64,000 bases of DNA from Octopus sinensis. Its lineage: Eukaryota. The number at the start of each line of letters is the position of its first letter. Within the stretch, counting starts at the first letter, position 1. Below, in pieces: positions 54,667-64,000 of this stretch. Below the pieces are notes generated by a model. That model saw only the letters and a list, made by a program, of their open reading frames with translations. It was not told the origin of the DNA and searched no databases. The DNA lies in the NCBI RefSeq assembly GCF_006345805.1, contig NC_043002.1, positions 91,450,001-91,514,000 of the forward strand, read 5' to 3'. The position numbers and the translations under genes are program-made.

Positions 54667-55599
54667 CCTATCTATCTATCAATCAATATGTACACACACA
54701 CACACACATACCCCCCCCCAATACATACATAGATACATATATATATATATATACATATATGCATGTGTATATATATGTATGCGTGTATATATATATGTAT
54801 ATATATGTGTATCTATGTATCTATGTATATATACATATACATATATGCGTGTAGGCACGTGTGTGTGTGAGTGCATGTGTTCGCGTGCGTGATGAATGAT
54901 AATAGAGCTTAAGAAACTGTGAGAGATGGATGAAAACCATAAAATCATGTGATTTATGCGAGTATCAAAACGATGAGGGGAAAGAAAATACAAATGAAAT
55001 CAAATGACTTTAGCCCCCACCGTTACCTGACGCTGTCCTTGATTAAAATATGGCGACATTGAGTAATTTATAGAAAGGTGATTGTTTCTATTGATTTTTT
55101 CATCATTGCTAATTTTTTCTTTTGCTTTTATTTAGATGTTAATAAGGTATTGTAAGACACACTCCATGCGTTATCGATTGTTAGATAAATGTAGAAATAG
55201 GAGGAAATTATAGGAAACCCTATGCATTCTAGTAAAATATACCAAAAAAATCTTATATTCACCAAAGGGGAGGAAAAAGGAGTGACTAATATAATATAAA
55301 TCATCAATAATCCCAAACGTGATGGGTTTTAATTCCTTGGTGTCGAATTAGTTGCCAAGACAGAGGTCTCGAAGTATTTACAGTAAATGTCACAAAGGAA
55401 ATATTTTCCAACCATTTCTAAAACCGCTTCTGAAAAGAGAACAGTTTTCTAATATAAAGGTTGGCCCAAAAGTAGGCTTACAGTTATCACGTAGGTACTT
55501 TAAATTCTTTTTAAAGCATTTTATTACATTTAAATTTCTATCTTACAAACAAAAAAGGAGCTTTACAAAAATTAACAAAATTTGCATGGAATATAGCGG

Positions 55600-56394
55600 T
55601 GGTGGTGGTGAGTGCATAGTGACAAACTTGCCATTCACTTTAGAAGGAAACCAGTTTCCCGTTCTCCTGTGATATCCGACGACTATCAATAAATCACAGG
55701 GGTAGACATTTGATAAAGTGGGACCATGGTCAGCTATATGTTGCATTTTGAAGGGCTCGCAAATTATCTTATGTGAGAGTTAAAGTTATCTACACTGACA
55801 AAGAAAGGAAAAGAAGAGGGAGAAATTATACGAAGAACGTAGTTTGCAAAGAAGTATTGGATTGCAAGGTGTACACAAACTGAAATTTGTATTGGCTCTG
55901 ACCCATCTCTTTGGCTTATAAGTTACCAACGATGTGGTTTCCAGAGTATGCTATTATGCATTAAATTTCACCCCCGTGAAATTGTGACCCGTATATTTTA
56001 CATATAAAATGATGTTTTTATTATAAATTTTTTGTTTTCTAGATATGAAATTGAGACCATGTTAATTTTAAATTGTAATTTTTCTGTATATGGGGGAAAT
56101 GGGAAAATAAGAGTTAATGTTTATTTTATGAGTGCTGTGTATTAAGTCTATGAAATTGTGCATATTTTATGAGTGCTGTGTATTAAGTCTATGAAATTGT
56201 GTATTAAGTTTATGAAATTGTATATAAATCATATATATAAAGTGTATTAAGAATTCATCGTATTTCCTTCACTTTTCAATGAATAGCAGATGATATATAC
56301 ACAGCACAGGCTACACTTTAAGGCTTTTGGGGTAAATTTCCAGGAATAACCCAATAAGTTTACTATTCCGTGAAATATTCACGGGTCCTGCTAG
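55600..56394 (+). mobile_element. Helitron 3' part with PIF1-type helicase remnant
   Basis: QFPVLL*YPTTINKSQG*TFDKVG, HGQLYVAF*R, TKNVVCKEVL; terminal hairpin ccgtgaaatattcacgg followed by CTAG|T. Confidence 0.85.
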
Positions 56395-56821
56395 TGTCAA
56401 TGATTACCTTAATTGATAAAAGTTTAGCTACTCTTCTAGTAATGTTACTTCTAAGAGCGAGTGATCGTAAAGAATATTAACATGCGTAAGATTCTCGTAG
56501 GGTTTAAAATATGGTATATATCTGTTCCTTTTTGTGCTGATAGACGACCAAGCAATTTAAAGTGGTGGATTGTAGGTGCTAAACAAACGCATCAAGAAGG
56601 AATAGCCGTTAACTTTACACGAAGCACTAAAATATTTCGTCAGATTCCAATTATTACAAACCGAGGCAAATATTTACCCAAGCCTCCTGTATAAAATTCA
56701 AAGAAATATCTTATTGTCATATATTGACATCGGTTAAACAATTTTCTTGTGAAATAGACTAAATGAGAATCTTATTCATATCTGTAATTGAAACATATTT
56801 TGCTTTTGTACCTTTCCTAAT

Positions 56822-57514
56822 CTATATAAACCAATCAGCAATTTGAATAACGTTGCTATCACTTGTGATCAATCCAAATACCAGGATATTGACTGGATGT
56901 TTGACTTTTATCACTCTCGGTACATGTTTTGGGGACACGGGAAGCCAACGATTGTTCTGTGCGTTCACCATCTGATCCCGGTAGAAATTTTTCTCGTCTG
57001 AGAAAATTGAAAGCATATTCGGTTGGAGGGGATGCTGGAGTTTGTTCAAAAGGTTCGTAGTGTGGTCTTTCCTCTTATCCTTGATTGTTTGGGATAAAAA
57101 AATTGTCCCTTTTCCATCTTATATGAGGAATATCGAATGCTTTCATGTACTACCTGCTTGATAAGAAACACAGACACTCCCATATCCCTGGCGATGGACT
57201 TGATTGACTTGGAGGGATGGATGATTGTCAATCATGGCCTGTATCTCTCCTACAAATTCAGGAGTTTCTTTCTCATCAGAACAATCGGAGTGAGTTTTTC
57301 GAGCTACCGTACCTTTTTAATCACCATTATACTAATCAAACTCTTTCCGAGTTCTCTGCACTGCCCTCATTCTGACACCCAAACACTCTGAAATGTTCGT
57401 ATTGGAGCTTATAGCGCGAATGCTAAGCTGTACAGCATGTCGATTCGAAATTTCTGGCAGTGTGAATCGCGTCATGGTATTGTTTTTCTCGGAGATGGTG
57501 CCTAACTGACCCAA
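56822..57514 (-). mobile_element. Tc1/mariner-superfamily transposase remnant (maT/DD37D-like)
   Basis: PSKSIKSIARDMGVS..IKQVV..YK and IFSDEKNF...NAQNNRW...KHPVNILVFGLI; frameshifted and truncated, so the subfamily is not confirmable. Confidence 0.7.
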
Positions 57515-58417
57515 CTATACTGTGTAGTTGTCAAACTCAAACACAATAATTAATAATTGTTATTCGAGTAGCAGCTATAGAACTATAGCTTTGTATTAGT
57601 CTTGTTTTGGCAAGCATAGATACTTTAAACCGTAACACGAGGAACTTTCTCCAAAACATTATGTATTACATAATGCTTTATGTATTATACATTGCGGAGT
57701 CGCACATCCAACGGATATAGACTCCCAGAAAAAAATGGTAGTAGTCTATTAGTTTGATTAAAACCCTTCAAGGCGGTGCCCCAGCATGGCAGCAGTTTAA
57801 TACCTAAAACAAGCAAAAGATTATATCTAAAACTAAACGAGACATCCACTTTAAATAAATACAAAGATTATTAAAATGGCTATAAAGAGATCATTTTATT
57901 AATCATATTCATAAATGAATGAATGGAATCATTTTATAATTGATTTCAACTCCTGTAATGACTAATACCCTTAATACCCTTAATACCCTGAATTCTGCAC
58001 CGACACCACTTTCTACTATAAACGCACGCATGCATACGCACACACATATACACATACTCTCAATTTCTTTATAGTTTAATTCCGAACCTTCTTCTTTTGA
58101 CATCTTTTTCACTTACACAATTTTACCCTTAATAACCTTACATCCACATCTAGTAGTAGTTTTTTTTTATTCATTATATAGCTCCTTTCTCTTCAACTAA
58201 AGTTTATAAGGGAAATTTGGATTTTTTAAAATATAGGTCTAGAATTGTCCACGAAAAACTAAATGTCAATCTACCTATGTATCGATAAATCTCTGTCTTT
58301 GTGTTGCCTATTTGTCTGTTTATCTGTTGATCGCTCTGTCTCTGTCTTTCTCTCTCTCTCTCTGTATATATATACATATATTATATATATATATATTATA
58401 TATATATATATATATAT

Positions 58418-58714
58418 ATCACGTGACCGACCAGACCATCAGATATTGTTACACATCGCTGGTCACAATGCGTTCGCATTGTTTAAGCCTTCAAATGATG
58501 CCACCCCGCTGGCTAAGCGAGCAGGCCAATAGACGAAAGAGTGGGAGAAAGAGTGATGAAAGAGTACAGCAGGGATCACCACCCCTGCCGGAGCATCGTG
58601 GAGCTTTTAGGTGTTTTCGCTCAATAAACACTCACAACGCCCGGTTTGGAATCAAAACTGCGATCCTACGACCGCGAGTCCGCTGCCCTAACCACTGGGC
58701 CATTGCGCCTCCAC
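58418..58714 (-). mobile_element. tRNA-derived SINE (family 1, tail B)
   Basis: Colinear with 4363-4669. Confidence 0.9.
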
Positions 58715-58725
58715 ACCACACACAC

Positions 58726-58769
<44 letters not shown>

Positions 58770-58830
58770 ATATATATATAATATATATATATATATAATA
58801 TATATATATTATATATATATTAATATATAG

Positions 58831-59099
58831 GTGGAGGCGCGCAATGGCCCAGTGGTTAGGGCAGCGGACTTGCGGTCGTAGAATCGCGGTTTCGATTCCC
58901 AGACCGGGCGTTATGAGTGTTTATTGAGCGAAAGCACCTAAAGCTCCACGAGGCTCCGGCGATCCCGGCTGTACTCTTTCGCCACAACTTTCTCTCACTC
59001 TATCTTCCAGCTGGGTGGCGTCATTTGAAGGCGAATATAATGCGACCAGCGACGTGTGTAGCAACATTTGATAGCCTGGTCGGTCACGGTGATTACGGT
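58831..59099 (+). mobile_element. tRNA-derived SINE (family 1, tail B), inverted relative to its neighbour
   Basis: gtggaggcgcgcaatggcccagtggttagggcagcggact...ggtcggtcacggtgat. Confidence 0.9.
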
Positions 59100-59398
59100 T
59101 ATATATATATACATACACATACATACACATACACATACAAACATACATAATCATATTTTCGTATACGAAATTATATAAGAGTACATTCATAATTACGTAT
59201 ATATATCAAAAGAAATTGTCACCAAAACAATGAAACAGATTGGTGATTATCATCCAAGGTACAAAGTGACTCTACGACGTTTAGCTTGTGAGAAAAGTTG
59301 TCTTCTCATCACAGTACACCGTTGAAATGTTAATAATGGTGGCTTTCAATAGCAACCGATAAAGAGTGATGCAGGAAATGTTGTGATTAATACGCACA

Positions 59399-59445
<47 letters not shown>

Positions 59446-60558
59446 ACACACTACGCGCGCGCGCACATGGAGGGAGTAAGAGAGAGAGAAGGGGGAAAGG
59501 AGAGAAGCCGAGTAAAGAAGAGTTATTGGCGGCAACATGATGGAGGAAAATGGATAAAGTCTGTGGATTAATGGGAAAAGTGTAAGGAGAGTAAGCAGAA
59601 CAGAGAGATGGAGAGTAAGCAGAACAGAGAGATGGAGAGAAAGAAAGAAAACGAAATAAAAAAAAATTGCAGTGAAAAGACAGAAAAGACAGAAATAGAA
59701 AAAGCAAAACGAAGAGGGGGGAAATAGGAGCGGGGGGGGCAGATAAGAAAGGAGAGTTATAGGTCGCTGGAAGAAGAGAGAACGGATGAAAATGGCATTA
59801 TGGCGGTAGGTAGAGGAGGATTGGTTGTAAACTAGAGCTGGCACTGTTATCGATCTAAGTCCTATTGGAAGCGGAATCAGCAACAAATGTAAGGATTATT
59901 GCCCAACAAACACAGTAAAAAATAAATAAATAAACGAATAAATAAACAACCAAAGATGGCGACTGCCAGAACAGCATCGCCGCCATCACTATCGTTATCA
60001 TCATCATCATCTTCATCATCACCATCATCACCATCATCACCATCATTGTCGTCGTCATAATTAGGTTGATTATTATAACCAGGATCACCATGATAACCAT
60101 ATGAACATCACATCACGATGGATATTATCATCATCATCATCATATCATCATCATATCATCATCATCACCTTCGTCATCTACAACAACAACAAAAATAACA
60201 CCATCACCATCACCAACAGCAACAATAGCAGCAACAGCCAAACCAACACCATCCACCACCACCAATAACAACAACAACAACAACAACAGTAACACCGGGG
60301 ACAACATTAATAGCAACAATAATGAACAGTTATAATATCGTCTTTCTACATGATTGACGAGCTTCGCTGTGGACGAAGTCTTTGAAGTATTACTCCCAAC
60401 TACGCACATTGTTATATACACAAACGTGGGCATGCGCACACGCATTCATATCAATATATGTATATATAAACATATATATATATATGACGTATATGAATAT
60501 ACATGGCATACATATGTGTGTGTGTGCGTATGTATATACCATATTTACATCTGTGTGT

Positions 60559-60593
<35 letters not shown>

Positions 60594-60876
60594 GCATATA
60601 TTTATATACATATGTGTATATATCTATATATATGCATATAAATAAATGTGTATAGATATCTATATATATTTAAGTAGGTGAATGAATTATCCTATGTTTA
60701 TCGTCAGCATGGAAAATTCGTTTAACCGAAACCTGGGTAGCAAATTCACGTCAGAAAACACGGTTGAAGCGACCTGTCAAGGGTAGAAACTCTGGGTTCA
60801 TGTGTAGAAATTTGTGTGTTGTATATGAATAAATGAAAGAATGGAGTCGAACAAAGATGTTAACAAAATTCCTTTA

Positions 60877-60958
60877 CTCTCGACATATGTTTCGAAGACA
60901 CCATATTTTCATTCCAAAGGAATAAAGGGTGCATTATGCAATCTTCTCACCAGGAAAG
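60877..60958 (-). ncRNA. Hammerhead ribozyme copy with core substitution (CUGGUGA)
   Basis: Same fold; stem III is the perfect palindrome ACAUAUGU. Confidence 0.6.
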
Positions 60959-61615
60959 AAAGGGAGCCTCTCTCGACAACAAGACAAACAAAGATTTCGA
61001 TGATTGCCTACATGGTAAACAAAGCGATACTGAGTGTTTTTTTTTTTAAATCCGTTAGAAGAATTGACGTCAAAAATAGATAGTAGGAGGAAGAGAAGGG
61101 ATAAAGTAATAATAGGTAGGGAACAGTATATCATTTATATGAGTAGAAAGTGTGATAACAATAGTCACTGTGGTTTGAACAATTAGCTTTACGTCCACCC
61201 TACTGCTATAGAGAAATTCTTTCCTATGCCTTCGAACATTCTTTCAATCAACGTACCCTTCCCTCTCCACTTGTTCCCTACCTATTATTCCTTTATACCT
61301 TCCCTTCCTACTATCTATCTTTGACGTCTGTCTCTCTCTCTCACACACACAATCACACACACAGACACAAATGCAGTTATACACACACACATACACACAC
61401 AAAAACACAAGCACACATCCACACATTTCCATACATACAGCAAACATACTGTTCCCTACCTATTATTACTTTATCCCTTCTCTTCCTCCTACTATCTATT
61501 TTTGACGTCAATTCTTCTAACGGATTTTTTAAAAAAACTCTCATTATCGCTTTGTTTACGATGTAGGCAATCATCGAAATTTTTGTTTGTCTTGTTGTCG
61601 AGAGAGGCTCCCTTT

Positions 61616-61697
61616 CTTTCCTGATGAGAAGATTGCATAATGCACCCTTTATTCCTTTGGAATGAAAATATGGTGTCTTCGAAACATGTGTCGAGAG
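61616..61697 (+). ncRNA. Type I hammerhead ribozyme with extended stem II
   Basis: CUUUC-CUGAUGA-GAAGA...UCUUC-GAAA-CAUGU-GUC-GAGAG: intact core, stem I CUUUC/GAGAG, GUC cleavage triplet. Confidence 0.8.
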
Positions 61698-61872
61698 TAA
61701 AGGAATTTTGTTAACATCATCGTTCGACTCCATTCTTTCAATTATTCATATATCTATATATATATATAAATATCAAAGGTGAGAGCGAGTGCGAGAGCAT
61801 GTGTATATGTATACACAAGCACACACACACCACACACACACACACACAACACAACACATACATATGTATAGC

Positions 61873-61917
<45 letters not shown>

Positions 61918-62269
61918 GTATATATATATAGGTATATAGATGCCAGCTCAGCCGAATAGCTGAAAAGTCTCTTTCACAATCTTGAAATTGAGATTTATCC
62001 CCACTCGCGCAATATCTTGAGCAAGACAACACAACTTCGTTCGACCTTAGCCTTGTATCTGAAATTGGTTAAACGCAAACTGTGTGGAAAGTACGTTGGA
62101 TCCACTGTACCTTCAGTATTTTCGCATGACTTACAATTATGTTAAGGCTAATAGTAATAGTTGCACATACACCTAGACAACACATCATGGAAACCAAAGT
62201 GATGTGTATATTATAATGATATGCACCTGTATAATATTAAAATGTAAGTGAATGTAGTACATATTATAT

Positions 62270-62388
62270 TTAAGAGATGAGGAATTATGTACATTATTTA
62301 CATTTGACGGATATTTGCCCTGATCTTGTTTGTTGTTAATACAACGTTTGAGCTAATATACCCTCCATTCTTCATCAGGTGTATTTTT
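62270..62388 (-). mobile_element. HH-B element, second degenerate copy
   Basis: Minus strand tacac-ctgatga...caaacgttgtatt...gtaaataatgtaca. Confidence 0.65.
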
Positions 62389-62389
62389 G

Positions 62390-62436
<47 letters not shown>

Positions 62437-62445
62437 CATTATTAT

Positions 62446-62595
62446 ATTCATATATCGGCCTGGAATCGAACTCGGAATCTTGGGGTTAGTAGCTCATGTT
62501 CTTAACCACTACGCCACGGGCATATGGCAAAGTGGTTAAGAACGTGGGCTACTAACCCCCAAGATTCCGAGTTTGATTCCAGGCAGTGACCTGAA
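62446..62595. repeat. Head-to-head palindromic tRNA-like pair, second instance
   Basis: Homologous to 51624-51772. Confidence 0.85.
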
Positions 62596-62925
62596 TAATA
62601 ATAATAATATTAATAATAATAATAATAATAATAAATAATGTATGTGTATATATGTTTGTTTATATGTATAGTCATGTATGTAAGTCCGCGCGCACACTTA
62701 TATAAAAGTTTTCCTTCATGTATAATCATGTATAACAACAAACATCAAATGGAAATATTACTCAATAGCTTTCAATTGAGTAACGTATATATATATATAT
62801 ATTGTATTTGCGAGGAAATGATTAACATTGAATACGAATTTTCGGGAACTAACCTTCATAGGACTAGTAGCTAATTCTAAACGCAGAATAGCCGTAAACA
62901 CGTAAACACATGCGCGCGCGTGCAC

Positions 62926-62928
62926 ACA

Positions 62929-63016
<88 letters not shown>
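62926..63016. repeat. (GCAC)n microsatellite
   Basis: Visible directly in the sequence. Confidence 0.95.
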
Positions 63017-63462
63017 CAGGTCACATATGCTCAAAGCTCACTCTTATGTGTACATTTAATATTTGCTTTATAATCGCAATTTGAACATGATATCCTATAA
63101 TTATTTACGGACTGCATGAATAAAGAAATATTTAACACTGTAACTAAGTCAACCTACAATATTAATGCTCCAATAATTTGTATAATGCCTTTAAAGCAAA
63201 CCAAACACAGAAAACACACACAAAAAAAAAACTACCTGACGTTAATAAAACACAGATATAACGGCAGAAGGAAATTCAATTCAGCATATCCTGAGCATTT
63301 CTCTCATCAGCTGCCTAATGGATCCCATCGTGATTTCAGCACCCAAGGCAAGAAATCTACTTCCGTGGATGCAAAACAACTACAGAAAAGGAGTAAACAA
63401 TGTTGGGGAAGATACAAAACTTTTTTTAAATTAATCCGCTCCACAAATCATGAACATATATA

Positions 63463-64000
63463 TTGGGTTGTCCGGAAAATTTGTGCCGATTCTTAAAGGA
63501 AAAAAAAAAGTCAATAAATACTTGCCATTACATTTTTAACCAACCAAATATGAACCATTTCGTTGCACAATGCGTCTCCATCTTTCCTTTAACTCGAAGA
63601 TACCCTCTTCCCAGAATTGAGGTGGTTTCATGGCAAAGAATTCATCAATGTATCTTTTTACGTCATCCAAGGAATTGAAATTTTTACCATTAAGACTATT
63701 GTGCAGAGACCTGAATAGGTGAAAATCCGAAGGAGCAATATCTGGTGAATATGGAGGTTGGGGTAACACATCCTTGCCGAGCTGCAGCAATTTTTGTCTG
63801 GTTCCCAAAGCATCAACTGCTGAAAATGAACTTTCTTATCTTCCATTTTCAAGGGTTACAGAATTAACACAAGTTATAGGAATATAAATATTCTTCCGCG
63901 AAAGGATAGCTTAAACTGTGCTCTAAATGGAGGTGTAGTCAAATCCTATTTCATGAACTCAACCATGTTCTAATATAAGTCGAAAGGTAAGCTACTATAA
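63463..64000 (-). mobile_element. Mariner (DD34D-type) deletion derivative running off the window
   Basis: PPYSPDIAPSDFHLF...ERWRRIVQRNGSY; N-terminal MEDKKVHF joined almost directly to the C-terminal part; TA + ttgggttgtccggaaa terminus. Confidence 0.85.

Larger units (their letters stand above)
60822..61752. mobile_element. ~307-bp inverted repeat of a hammerhead-bearing element (family HH-C)
   Basis: Arms 60822-61129 and 61446-61752 are near-identical reverse complements; partial direct copy at 61271-61328. Confidence 0.85.

Noticed and set aside
59265-59320. Degenerate hammerhead-like string on the minus strand (tgatgagaag...taaacgtc)
   Set aside because: Both core segments are broken and there is no second copy to support it
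60841-61733. Paired ORFs MESNKDV.../MESNDDV... as duplicated genes
   Set aside because: They are antisense readings of the hammerhead-bearing inverted repeat and diverge by a frameshift in a homopolymer run

Overview
AT-rich, repeat-saturated eukaryotic DNA with no recognisable intact host gene. Dense (TA)n/(CA)n/(AAT)n/(TATG)n/(GATA)n microsatellites plus tRNA-derived SINE families suggest a cephalopod (Octopus-like) intronic or intergenic region; this is inference from repeat style. Contents: several tRNA-SINE families, including an 8-unit tandem array; a nest of R4/Dong-type RLE LINE fragments in (AAT)n; an internally deleted Tx1/L1-clade LINE and two older relatives; Tc1, mariner and maT-like remnants; hAT, Merlin-like and Tc2/pogo-like MITEs; and two Helitrons. 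The most notable signal is three distinct families of short non-coding elements carrying type I hammerhead-ribozyme cores of the Penelope-like/retrozyme kind. One family forms a ~307-bp inverted repeat, and another is twice found next to a head-to-head palindromic tRNA-like doublet. Almost all listed ORFs are microsatellite artefacts. Coordinates were read by eye and may be off by a few bases.
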